Assembly: GCA_963827235.1 (NCBI GenBank) | Contig: CAWHAE010000016.1 | Span: 64,001 to 128,000 of the forward strand | Direction: 5' to 3' | Length of the DNA: 64,000 bases | Source of the DNA: an uncultured bacterium | GTDB taxonomy: Bacteria; Chloroflexota; UBA5177; JANWHV01 | In this document: piece after piece, positions 47,113 to 56,790 of the stretch | Layout of the letters: each line of letters starts with the position of its first letter | How positions within the stretch are numbered: position 1 is the stretch's first letter | Made by a program: the position numbers and the translations under genes | Notes under the pieces: generated by a model | Databases searched by the model: none | What the model saw: the letters and a program-made list of their open reading frames with translations, nothing else | Told to the model about the DNA's origin: nothing

Positions 47113-48156
47113 CTACATAGGCTCGGCAGTTGTGCTGCCTTCAAACCGGCTCTTCGTGGCAGTGTAGATGTTCACGTTGGCCTTGGTTACATAGGCCAAG
47201 CTCGTGTCGACGTTGGCCGGCGAGACCGCGCCTCCCGAGAGCTTGTACATGTACATCTGCACAATAGGCAAGAAGCCTTGCAGATAGGGCTGCTGATCCG
47301 TGGTGAAGGTCATGTCCCCACTGGCAATCAGGGCAAGGGTCTGCGGCAGCAAGTCGTATCCGGCCGAGATCACGCCCTTTGCCGCCAGGCCGTACTTCTT
47401 GGAGATCAGGCCGCAGGCCAGTGTGTCGGTGGCGCCGGTGCCGAAAAGGCCCGCCACGGACTTGTGGCTGAGATAGTAGCTCTCGATGCGGGACAGCTCG
47501 TCCGAGGACTGAACGCCTGAGTTGACCACGTCGTAGGTCACCGGATTGCCGGCGTCCTTGATCGCCTGCATGTAGCCGTTGAGCCGAGGCTGGAGATTGA
47601 GCGATCCGGGCGTGGCAATGGACAGCATCACGTGGCTGCCCTTCTTGAGCATCGGCAGCCACTTGTTGGCGATATTGTAGCCGGATTGGTACAGGCTCTG
47701 GCCCACGTAGGAGAGGCGCCCGTTCCCGGTGGTGTCGGCATTGTAGCCGATGACCGGAATGCCGACGCTGAGAGCATCGAGAGTCGGCTTGTTGAAAGCC
47801 TTCGGGTCCACGAGAGATACGGCGATGCCGTCGACCTTGGCCGCGATGGCGGTCTGCATTGCCGCGACCATCTCGGAGACGACGCTGTTCTGTGAGCCCG
47901 TCCACTGGCTGGTGCTGCCCGTCCAGGCGCACGCGTCCTCGATGCCATACTGGGTAGGAGTGAAGAAGGGATTGGTCGTCACATGGTTCACGAAGACGAA
48001 TTTGTAGGATTTCTTGGGTAAACCCGTACCTGCCGCCAGAGCTTCCTGTACCGAGGCACCGCCCAGGCCCGCGGCAAGTGCCGCGCCGCCCAGACCCATC
48101 GCCGCCATGCCGAGAGCCTTTCGCCGGCTCAGCTCGAGTCTCGTATCTTCAGCCAT
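47113..48156 (-). CDS. Sugar ABC transporter substrate-binding protein, Tat-type signal
   Basis: SRRKAL signal; KFVFVNHVTTNPFFTPT identical to SBP 1; DQQPYLQGFLP; GAGGAGAG RBS. Confidence 0.92.
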   Translation of the reverse strand: MAEDTRLELSRRKALGMAAMGLGGAALAAGLGGASVQEALAAGTGLPKKSYKFVFVNHVTTNPFFTPTQYGIEDACAWTGSTSQWTGSQNSVVSEMVAAMQTAIAAKVDGIAVSLVDPKAFNKPTLDALSVGIPVIGYNADTTGNGRLSYVGQSLYQSGYNIANKWLPMLKKGSHVMLSIATPGSLNLQPRLNGYMQAIKDAGNPVTYDVVNSGVQSSDELSRIESYYLSHKSVAGLFGTGATDTLACGLISKKYGLAAKGVISAGYDLLPQTLALIASGDMTFTTDQQPYLQGFLPIVQMYMYKLSGGAVSPANVDTSLAYVTKANVNIYTATKSRFEGSTTAEPM

Positions 48157-48492
48157 AGTTACTCTCCTCGTCCTGTCTAGCCTGACCGAGTCAGGCTGTT
48201 CGGCGTCATCGCCAGGGATGCAGAAGGAACCAATGCCGAGACTAGTTCGGGCGGTACGCGCGAACCACACCTCCCTTCAAATCCGGTAGCCGACCTCGTC
48301 CGTAACGACGCACTCAGTGTACTACGATCTACGAACCGACGGCACGACTGTCAGCCAGCTCTCCTAAGCGACGTCCTGTCGCGCTTGCGCGAGACCCGCC
48401 GAGCTACTCCGGTGCGCCGGAGACCGGTCAGCCACGCAGGTGGCTCTGCCGCACTATAGCAGAGACGACTCTGAAGGTAAAGCGGTTGGCCC

Positions 48493-49131
48493 TCACTGAG
48501 ATCTGCCACGCTTCACCTCCTCGACGAAGCGCTGAGCCAGCGAGGTCAGGGTGGCGAGGTCACGGGCGTCGAGCAGCTTCTGGCTGACCAGGGCGCTGCC
48601 CACGGCTACCGCGTCGGCACCTGCGCGAATGAACGCCGCGGCAGTCTCCAGGTTGACGCCGCCGGTCGGTACCAATCTGAGCTGAGGTAGCGGCGCCTTG
48701 ACCGCGGCGATGTAGGGCGGCCCGCCGGCGTCGGCCGGGAACACTTTAACCAGGTCCGCCCCGGCCTCCCACGCCGTGAGCATCTCCGTGGGGGTGTAGG
48801 TTCCCGGTATGACCGGGACGGCGTATCGACGACACAGGGCCACGGTCTGCAGATTCAGCGTGGGAGAGACGACGAACTGAGCGCCGGCCAGTATTGCCGC
48901 CCGAGCCGTCTCAGGATCCAGTACGGAGCCCACGCCAAAGCTGACGTCGTGGCCGAACTTGACCACGGCGCTCTCTATCACTTCAAGTGCGTTCGGAGTT
49001 GTCATGGTCACTTCGATGGCCACTACTCCCCCCGCATGGATTGCCTCCGCCGCTGCCAGCAGCTGATCGGAGTTCTTGGCCCGCATGATGGCGATCACTC
49101 CGCTGTGCCGAATGCGATCCAACGTGGTCAT
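48493..49131 (-). CDS. eda: Second KDPG/KHG-family aldolase
   Basis: IAIMR, IEVTMTTP, GVGSVLD, VSP, TPTE, KVFPA, PTGGV. Confidence 0.88.
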   Translation of the reverse strand: MTTLDRIRHSGVIAIMRAKNSDQLLAAAEAIHAGGVVAIEVTMTTPNALEVIESAVVKFGHDVSFGVGSVLDPETARAAILAGAQFVVSPTLNLQTVALCRRYAVPVIPGTYTPTEMLTAWEAGADLVKVFPADAGGPPYIAAVKAPLPQLRLVPTGGVNLETAAAFIRAGADAVAVGSALVSQKLLDARDLATLTSLAQRFVEEVKRGRSQ

Positions 49132-49395
49132 GGCTACGCTTCCATCCTTCCTGCCTGTTGCTGAAGCAAGCACGCGGCTAAGCGATCTGCTCGTCGAGGG
49201 TCACGTCTCAACCGGTCGCTCATCGAATACTGTAGCGGCAGGGCGATGCGCCCTCAAGACGCATGGGGCTCGTCTGGCGGTCGGGCGGGGAGCATTGCGT
49301 TCTTCATATCTCCGGGACGCAACAGCAGGACGAGCAGCCCTACCGGCACGTGGTATCATTGCCGAGTCAGCGGTTGCGTGAGCTGGAGGCGGTCG

Positions 49396-50265
49396 GTGGC
49401 GGTGCAATTGCAGGAGCTTCTCGGATCGCGTGCGGTGGTCGGGGATGGGGCGTGGGGCACGCAGATGCAGGAGCGCGGACTGCCGGCCGGCATGTGCCCG
49501 GATAGCTGGAACCTGGAGCAGCCCGAACAGGTGGAGCAGGTAGCCAGAGCCTATGTAGACGCCGGCAGCCAAATCATCCTCACGAACACATTTCGATCCA
49601 ACCCGATCTCGCTGGCCGGCTACGGACTGGCTCTCCGCGCCGGCGAGATCAACAGAGCTGGAGCGGAGATCTCCCGCAGAGCGGCCGACGGTCGCGCACT
49701 CGTCGTCGGCTCGATGGGACCGAGCGGGCGTTTGATCAGCATGGGTGAGGTGAGCGAGCAAGACCTGCGCGAGGCGTTTCTCCTGCAAGCTCACGCTCTC
49801 GCCGAAGGCGGGGTACACGGTATTGTCGTCGAAACCGTAGCCGATCTGGAAGAGGCACTGATCGCCGTCCGCGCCTCGCGCGAGACCGGCCTGCCGGTGA
49901 TCGCGAGCATGGTCTTCGACTCGGGCAAGCAAAAGGACCGGACGATGATGGGCATCCGGCCTGAGCAGGCGGCTGAGGCACTCGAGCAGGCGGGAGCAGC
50001 TGCCATAGGCGCGAACTGCGGTCTCGGCATAGCCGGTCTCGTCCCGATATGCCGAAGACTGCGAGCCGCCTCAAGCCTGCCTATCTGGATTAAGCCCAAC
50101 GCCGGCATGCCTCTCCTGGAGAACGGCCGGCCGGTCTACTCCACCACGCCGGAGGAGTTTGCGGAGCACGCGCTGCAGCTGGTTGAAGCCGGCGCGAACG
50201 TCGTCGGGGGATGCTGCGGCACCACACCGGCGTTCGTCTCCGCACTCACGCGCAGCCTGGCCTGA
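49396..50265 (+). CDS. Stand-alone homocysteine S-methyltransferase family protein (MetH N-terminal domain)
   Basis: DGAWGT, AGSQIILTNTF, GSMGP, VET, GANC and GGCCGT zinc ligands, KPNAG.P; GGAGG RBS. Confidence 0.92.
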   Translation: MAVQLQELLGSRAVVGDGAWGTQMQERGLPAGMCPDSWNLEQPEQVEQVARAYVDAGSQIILTNTFRSNPISLAGYGLALRAGEINRAGAEISRRAADGRALVVGSMGPSGRLISMGEVSEQDLREAFLLQAHALAEGGVHGIVVETVADLEEALIAVRASRETGLPVIASMVFDSGKQKDRTMMGIRPEQAAEALEQAGAAAIGANCGLGIAGLVPICRRLRAASSLPIWIKPNAGMPLLENGRPVYSTTPEEFAEHALQLVEAGANVVGGCCGTTPAFVSALTRSLA

Positions 50266-50320
50266 TCCGGCCGAAGCGTGGCCATCGAGCCGGACACATT
50301 CGACGGCCGCCCAACCGAGA

Positions 50321-51664
50321 CTACTGCGCGCTGCGCCCTGCCGGGCCGGAATGGAACACGGTGCAGGTGCCGCCCGAGGCCTTCGCCGCGTACATGGCCC
50401 GGTCGGCACAGTCCAGGACCGTAGCAGCGTCGACGGCGTGCTCCGGATACAGGGCAATGCCGATGCTGACAGACAGCGCGCGCCGGCACTCGCCCAGATC
50501 AGCCGGCTCTACCAGCGCAGCGTGCATGCGTGCTGCCGCGCACTCAGCCCCTTCCGCGTTGGCGCCCGGCAACAGAACCGCGAACTCGTCTCCGCCGAGC
50601 CGTGCCATGGTGTCGCTCTGCCGCAACGTGGCGGACAGCCTTGTCGCCACTTCCTGCAGAGCGCGGTCGCCGACCCGATGTCCGAGCAGATCGTTAATGG
50701 CCTTGAAGTGGTCGAGGTCCAGGATGCAGACTGCATAGCTGGTAGCCTGGCGGCGGGCAGTCGCGAGATCCTGTTCGAGGCGGTCCAGCAGGAGCGCGCG
50801 GTTCGGCAGTCCGGTCAGCGGGTCGTGCAGCGCGCGGTGTGCGAAGTGTTCCTGGATGAGCTTCAGATCGGTAATATTGCGCGAAATCCCTACCAACCCC
50901 ACCACGTCGCCCTGTCGTGCCATGGGCACCTTGGTCGACTGCACCCACCACGGTTTGCCGAAGTGGTGCGACTGATCCTCGACCGCTCCAACCAGGGGCA
51001 CGCCGGTGCGCATGATTTCCTGCTCCTGCTGAAAGAGCAGCTGGGCTACCTGCGGATCGAAGAAGTCAAAATCGGTCTTACCGAGCAGGTCGCCAGGGTT
51101 CTGCAAGCCAAAGTACGCTGCCTGAGCCTTGTTGGCGAACGTGAACCGGGATTGCCGGTCTTTGATGTAGACCTGATCGGGAGCGGAATCTACCAGCGTC
51201 TGGAGCAGATCGCGCTCCAGGAGGAGCTCACCGGTATTGCCGCTGTTGGCCGGGGCTTCGATCAGCGTGGTGAGCGACCACTGGGTTGACTTCGTGCGAC
51301 CGGGCACCGGAGCGCAGCTCAGGCGAATGGCCAGGTGTTCGCCCGTGCCGCGTATGGCATACGCCGGCCCGTCGTAGGCGCCGAGCTGCGGTAACAGGGG
51401 CAATGTCTCTTCGCACATGGCAGTTGTGGGCGGGACCTCCAGCAGGTGGCTGGCCGGGAGCCCGCGGAGCTGTGCCAAGGGAATGGCCCACAATTGCTCG
51501 GCAACAGGATTGGCGTACCAGAGTAGGCTGTTCTGGTCCCAGATGACGACCGCCGCGGCAAGCGACCCGTACACGCCGGCGCAGCGCGTGAGCGACGAAA
51601 GCGTCGCGCGTTGCCACGTGTCAGTCCCGGTAAGCTGCGGGGTGGCATCAATTGCCACGGCCAT
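50321..51664 (-). CDS. PAS-PAS-GGDEF diguanylate cyclase; start uncertain (up to 51754)
   Basis: PAS (YIKD..SRF..AN, GKTDFDF); HDPLTGLPNR, DLDHFKAIND, RQSD I-site, RLGGDEF. Confidence 0.9.
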   Translation of the reverse strand: MAVAIDATPQLTGTDTWQRATLSSLTRCAGVYGSLAAAVVIWDQNSLLWYANPVAEQLWAIPLAQLRGLPASHLLEVPPTTAMCEETLPLLPQLGAYDGPAYAIRGTGEHLAIRLSCAPVPGRTKSTQWSLTTLIEAPANSGNTGELLLERDLLQTLVDSAPDQVYIKDRQSRFTFANKAQAAYFGLQNPGDLLGKTDFDFFDPQVAQLLFQQEQEIMRTGVPLVGAVEDQSHHFGKPWWVQSTKVPMARQGDVVGLVGISRNITDLKLIQEHFAHRALHDPLTGLPNRALLLDRLEQDLATARRQATSYAVCILDLDHFKAINDLLGHRVGDRALQEVATRLSATLRQSDTMARLGGDEFAVLLPGANAEGAECAAARMHAALVEPADLGECRRALSVSIGIALYPEHAVDAATVLDCADRAMYAAKASGGTCTVFHSGPAGRSAQ

Positions 51665-52060
51665 CGACCCCCAAGATGGGGCACTCGCGCCTATTGCTCC
51701 GATTGCATCGGCTGCGGTTCTCATTCGGTCCAAGTTTAGGGCCGGGATCAGCATCTGACAATAAGCATATTGGACAACTCAGCAGGCAGAGTACAAAGTT
51801 CGTGTCGCCGGTCACGCCTGCGACAGGTGAAGCATTTGTCCGGTTGGTGCGCCCGCGCTCGCGGCAGGCTAGACCGGCTCAAGGTGCGCCGAGCATAGCC
51901 TGGAGGACCGTCGGAGCCGGACGCAGCGGTACCATGGCCCTGAGAGTCGTCGCGACCCGGGTATACGGTCCGCCGTTTGCAACCGATGACAGGCCACGAC
52001 CTGCCTACAGAGCACGGCTTGCGCCGGGGCCGGCACGCGGCACAGGCGGCCGCGGCGCGT

Positions 52061-54331
52061 CTAGACTGTTGCCCGGCGAACGTCGAGCCGGCCGTAGACG
52101 AGATGCCCGCTGCCCGCGCCCTTCGCGCAGTACATTGCCCTGTCCGCGCAGTCCTGCAGCGACTCTGCGTCCTGCCCGTGCTCGGGGTACAAGGCTATGC
52201 CAACACTGGCGGTGACACGACTGGTAGCTTCGCCCACCTGTACCGGTCGCGCCAGCGAGGTGCATATCTCGCGGGCGACCCTTGCCGCCCCTGATTCAGT
52301 TGCCGCCGGTAGCACCGCGGCAAACTCGTCCCCGCCGAGCCTCGCCACGGTATCGCTCTGGCGTGCAGCCGCGCGAAGACGAGAGCCGACGGCACGCAGG
52401 ATGGCGTCGCCCGAGGCGTGACCCAGCGTATCGTTGATCGCCTTGAAACCATCCAGGTCGATCAGCAAGACCGCGAGCACCGACTTATCGCGGCGGCAGG
52501 CACGCAGAGCCTGCTCCAGCCGGTCCTCGAAGAGCCGTCGATTGGGCAAGCCGGTCAGCGGGTCATGGTGTGCGGCATGCGCCAACCGGCGTTGCGCTCC
52601 CTTTTGCGCGGTGATGTCGGTCACGAACGAGGCGCGCCGCAGCCGTCCGTCCGGCCCATCGAGCTGTATGCTGCCTACCAACACCGTTAGGCGTTTGCCG
52701 CTCTTTGCCACCATCTCGAATTCCCGTTGCGCCGTGGCTCCGGGAGTCTCTGCGGCCTCGCCCCAGCGGGCCAGGTCGAAATGCTCGGTACTCGGGAAGA
52801 GCATGCCAGCCCATTGGTTCGCTAGCTCGTCCCGACTATAGCCAAACAGGGCCGCGAATGCATCGTTGACGACCTCGAAGCATCCCTGGTCGTTCACCAC
52901 GCAGGTGCCCACAGGGGCGTTCTCGATGAGCATGCGGAATCTTGCTTCACTTGCTCGGAGTGCCGTCTCCGCCGCTTTGCGAGCGGCGATGTCGTGGGCG
53001 ATAGCGGCTCCGCCCACGATGGAGCCCTCGGCGTCGCGAATCGGGAATGCGGCTACCGAGACGTCGAGGTTGTGCCCGGATCGATGGCGATGCACCATCT
53101 CCAGCTGGCTAAAGTGTTCCCCGAGCAGAGCTCGCTCGAGCATCGCGGACATCTCTTGCTCACGCCCCGGCGGCGCCAATAGTCCTATCTGCTGCCCAAT
53201 TGCCTCATCGGGACCATAGCCATACAAGAGGAAAGCGCCGGCATTCCAGTTCTCTATCAGGCCGGATGGCGACATGCCGATAACCGCGTTAGGCGTCGAT
53301 TCCATGATGGCAGCGAATCGAGCGCGCGACTCCACGCTCTGCCGGCGCTCCGAGACGTCCTCCTTCACAGCCACGTAGTGCGTGATCGCGCCGGTCCGAT
53401 CACGAATCGGGCCGATCGACGCCTGCTCCCAGTACAACTCGCCGCTTAACTTCCGATTGACGAGCGTTCCGGTCCAGTTACTGCCACGGCTCACCGTCCG
53501 CCAGAGATCCTCGTACACTTCGGGCCGAGTTACTCCCGACTTGAGAATGCGAGGATTCTGGCCGGTCGCTTGCTCGCGGCTGTAGCCCGACACCTCACTG
53601 AACTTGGGATTCACGTACTCGATGGTGCCGGCGGCATCAGTAATGACCACCGACACCGGGCTCTGCTCGACAGCCTGCGAGAGGATGCGCACTCGTTCCG
53701 TTGCTCGAGCGAGCGCGACCTGGGTGTAGCGGTGCTCTGTAACGTCGTGGACGATGGACACGAGATACCGCCGGCCTCCGCCGGCGTCGATCGGGCTGGA
53801 GTACACGTCCACGTCCCGCACGTCGCCGGAAGCCAGCCGGTGCTGGAAGGAGAAGTGGCAGTGCTGCTGGTCGCTGGCACGCGCGATTTCACCGGCTACG
53901 GTGTCGTAGTCCAGGCAGTTGATCTCGGCGATGTGCATCGAGGTGAGCTTCTCGAACGAATAACCATAGAACCGGCACGCGGCGCCATTGGCATTGACAA
54001 TCATCCCGCTCACGGGGTCGAGCATCAGCACCACCGACATCGATTGGTCGAAGAACGTGCGATAGAGCGCAGCATCGCTCAGCGGCGCCGACGCAGCGAT
54101 GCCGGAACCGGCAACGAGAGCACGGCGCGACCCGAGTCTGCACCCGGCAAAGTTGTCCACGTCGGAAGCGAGAAAGCTCATGCCTCGAGTGGTGCGATCC
54201 GACAGCGGGCTCACCTCACCGCGCCGCACGGCTCGGAGTAGGGTGCTGCGCGAGACACCGCAGCGTCGCGCAGCCTCTCGCGTCGAGAGATGCGCACCCT
54301 CCGGCGGGATGCTAGTCGAGGATACCTCCAC
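52061..54331 (-). CDS. HTH (excisionase/MerR-like) + 4 PAS + GGDEF diguanylate cyclase
   Basis: LSTREAARRCGVSRSTLLRAVRRG HTH; four PAS/PAC units; HDPLTGLPNR, RQSD, RLGGDEF; GAGGAG RBS before GTG. Confidence 0.9.
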   Translation of the reverse strand: MEVSSTSIPPEGAHLSTREAARRCGVSRSTLLRAVRRGEVSPLSDRTTRGMSFLASDVDNFAGCRLGSRRALVAGSGIAASAPLSDAALYRTFFDQSMSVVLMLDPVSGMIVNANGAACRFYGYSFEKLTSMHIAEINCLDYDTVAGEIARASDQQHCHFSFQHRLASGDVRDVDVYSSPIDAGGGRRYLVSIVHDVTEHRYTQVALARATERVRILSQAVEQSPVSVVITDAAGTIEYVNPKFSEVSGYSREQATGQNPRILKSGVTRPEVYEDLWRTVSRGSNWTGTLVNRKLSGELYWEQASIGPIRDRTGAITHYVAVKEDVSERRQSVESRARFAAIMESTPNAVIGMSPSGLIENWNAGAFLLYGYGPDEAIGQQIGLLAPPGREQEMSAMLERALLGEHFSQLEMVHRHRSGHNLDVSVAAFPIRDAEGSIVGGAAIAHDIAARKAAETALRASEARFRMLIENAPVGTCVVNDQGCFEVVNDAFAALFGYSRDELANQWAGMLFPSTEHFDLARWGEAAETPGATAQREFEMVAKSGKRLTVLVGSIQLDGPDGRLRRASFVTDITAQKGAQRRLAHAAHHDPLTGLPNRRLFEDRLEQALRACRRDKSVLAVLLIDLDGFKAINDTLGHASGDAILRAVGSRLRAAARQSDTVARLGGDEFAAVLPAATESGAARVAREICTSLARPVQVGEATSRVTASVGIALYPEHGQDAESLQDCADRAMYCAKGAGSGHLVYGRLDVRRATV

Positions 54332-54842
54332 GCTTCACTCCTCGCGCTCGCGTACTCTGTCGTCGACGACAAGAGAACACTGGGCTCAAGATCAGCTGGG
54401 CACCCTGCACGCGTCCCGCCGTCGTGTCTGCAGGTGCAACCGATGCACAAGTTCTAATTGGTGGCAGCATAAGCCAGCCCGGCGATCCGACCAATAGCCT
54501 TATCAGTTCCCTCGGTCCCAGACTACCATATTGCGGCACGTACTCCGCAGGGTTCCACCGTTGCCGGCGGCGACCGTGCCCGTGAGTCCGGTGCGCAGGA
54601 TGATCACGACGCGCTGTTCGTCGATTCGACGAGCACAGGGACTATAATCTCTATCGCGAGCGCTTGGCGCGGTACGCCGTGCGAGATGATCGTCTGGCTA
54701 CCGCGCTGCGGCAAATTCGCGCACCGAGCGCGAGAGCATGGCCGGCGCCGGTAGCGATCGCCTCCGAGTTAGCGCTGCGCGCGATGCGACACGGAGGTCG
54801 CCTATCCGGCACAGATCGGGCGCCAGAGGAAGTGAGGAGATC

Positions 54843-55595
54843 ATGGACGGGTCCCTGGACGGGCGAATCGCAATCGTCACGGGAAGCGCTCGGGGAATCG
54901 GCTCGGCAATCGCCGACCGTCTAGCCCGTGCAGGCGCGGGCGTGGTCATTGCAGACCTGAGCGCTGACCTGGCCGAAAGGGAAGCCGGCCGGCTCGCAGC
55001 AGCAGGTCTGCGGGCAATGCCGGTAGCTGTAGACGTGGCCGACGAACACTCGGTAGCGGGCATGCTTGAAGCAGTGCGCCGTGCATGGGGGCGGGTAAGC
55101 ATCCTGGTCAACAACGCCGGCATCACCGGGGGCACTGCAGATGTGCAGGAGACCGACGTGTCTGCGTGGGACCGCACGATCGCGGTCAACCTTCGAGGAA
55201 CCTTCCTGTGCTGCCGCGCTGTGCTGCCTGACATGCTTGCCGCCGGCAGCGGGCGAATTGTCAACGTGGCCTCGATCGCGGGTAAGGAAGGCAATCCAGG
55301 GCTGGCGGCCTATTCGGCATCGAAAGCAGCCGTGATCGGATTCACGAAGTCGCTGGCCAAGGAAGTGGCGCAGAAAGGCATCATCGTGAACGCCATCTCA
55401 CCGGCCGTGATCCAGACAGAGATCCTGGGCCAGCTCCGGCAGGAGACGATCGACTACATGGTGTCGCGCATTCCCATGGGGCGCACGGGCGGGCCTGAGG
55501 AAGTAGCCGCCCTCGTGTATTGGCTTGCCGGCGACGAGTGTAGCTTCACGACGGGACAGTGCATCGACATCAGCGGAGGCCGGGCTACTTATTAG
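54843..55595 (+). CDS. SDR family oxidoreductase resembling 2-keto-3-deoxy-L-rhamnonate dehydrogenase (LRA5-like)
   Basis: TGSARGIG, NNAGI, ASIAGKEGNP, YSASK, IDYM.SRIPMGR, ECSF.TG...DISGGRATY C-terminus. Confidence 0.85.
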   Translation: MDGSLDGRIAIVTGSARGIGSAIADRLARAGAGVVIADLSADLAEREAGRLAAAGLRAMPVAVDVADEHSVAGMLEAVRRAWGRVSILVNNAGITGGTADVQETDVSAWDRTIAVNLRGTFLCCRAVLPDMLAAGSGRIVNVASIAGKEGNPGLAAYSASKAAVIGFTKSLAKEVAQKGIIVNAISPAVIQTEILGQLRQETIDYMVSRIPMGRTGGPEEVAALVYWLAGDECSFTTGQCIDISGGRATY

Positions 55596-56150
55596 CCAGC
55601 CGGCTGGCGCGGTGACGGCCCGTGATGTGACGCTCGGCCCCGCCCATTGCCGACGTTCGGCAGTACCTTGTCAGGAGAGACAGGCCTATTCTAGTACGGT
55701 AGACCGAGCGGCCAGAGTACTGCGGTTCAGCGCCCTCGGGGCTAGCCTACACGCCTGCCAAAGTTGCCGCTCGGTGCTTTGGAAGGGAGGGCAAGGTAGC
55801 AGCTTGTCCGGGCGACGCAATCGTGCCGTCGCTTTGCCGGCTTGCGTCTTGACGACGGCGATCGCCTCACGTGGTAACCCACGATACGGTTGGCTTCACC
55901 GGCGTTCAGGTACGTAAGGGTGGGCGGATGCAATTCGCCCCTTCATCACGATGCGTCCTCTATCCGTGCCGGATACCTGCTCGTCTGCCTGGAGCGCTCT
56001 TGCAGGCGGGAAGCAAGGCGCGCGCAGACGATTAATCGGCGGCGCACGTGGAATCTACTTTGCGTCCATCATTCGCGGTCCGCTATCGCGGACTGGCGCG
56101 AGGCGGGCTCAGCATGGCGGCAGAAATGCCGCCGAGTAGGAGGTTCTGCG

Positions 56151-56498
56151 ATGGCTATGGGCAACTGGCTGCATCAGGTAATTGGTAAAGGAAGTAAGGG
56201 CACCGCCGCGAAGCCGGAGGCCGGTATGCGCATGAAGACCGCCGACGACGTAGTGCTCGGTACGATCGACCGGATTTGGCACGGCACAGATGCCAGGGAC
56301 CATGCGCCGCACCCCGATACATTGGGCGTCCGCCAGTTGGAGGCCGATGCGCCCGACTTGCTGTACGTGCCCGCCGATCTCGTCGATCGCGTTTCAGCAG
56401 GCGAGGTGGTGCTTCGCGTGGATGCCACGCAGGTAAAGAACCGCGGGTGCCGCTTCCGCCCCGAGTGGCTGGCGCCGGATGCCGTGGCCGCGCACTAG
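56151..56498 (+). CDS. Small PRC-barrel/DUF2171-like protein
   Basis: GMRMKTADDVVLGTIDRI...LYVPADLVDRVSAGEVVL; AGGAGG RBS. Confidence 0.65.
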   Translation: MAMGNWLHQVIGKGSKGTAAKPEAGMRMKTADDVVLGTIDRIWHGTDARDHAPHPDTLGVRQLEADAPDLLYVPADLVDRVSAGEVVLRVDATQVKNRGCRFRPEWLAPDAVAAH

Positions 56499-56790
56499 CG
56501 GCTCACGTCACACGCCGATTTCCGTGATCGGGAGGCATTGGGCACTGCAACCGACTCCACAGCAGACGCAGGTGGCATTGCCGGGCGCGCGGCAACGCAG
56601 TTCCACGCCCGCCACTCTCGCGATGATGCCGTCGCAACCGGCATATGGCATCGCACACCGGACTCGCGGTGCCAATGGCGCGTGCCTGCCGCTCCAAGGC
56701 CTCGGAGCCGACCGACAAGCCCACCCCGGCTACCCGGCATGACGCACTTGCTCGTACTGCGGAGCATCCGTCCGCCGTGCCGGCGCGAGT

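Noticed and set aside
54390-56560. c-di-GMP-II riboswitch-like words (TGGGCAC...GTGCAACCGA near 54397-54443; TTGGGCACTGCAACCGAC near 56538-56555)
   Set aside because: The 5' GGAA/kink-turn half and the pseudoknot are missing; the second is too short and not upstream of a co-oriented gene.
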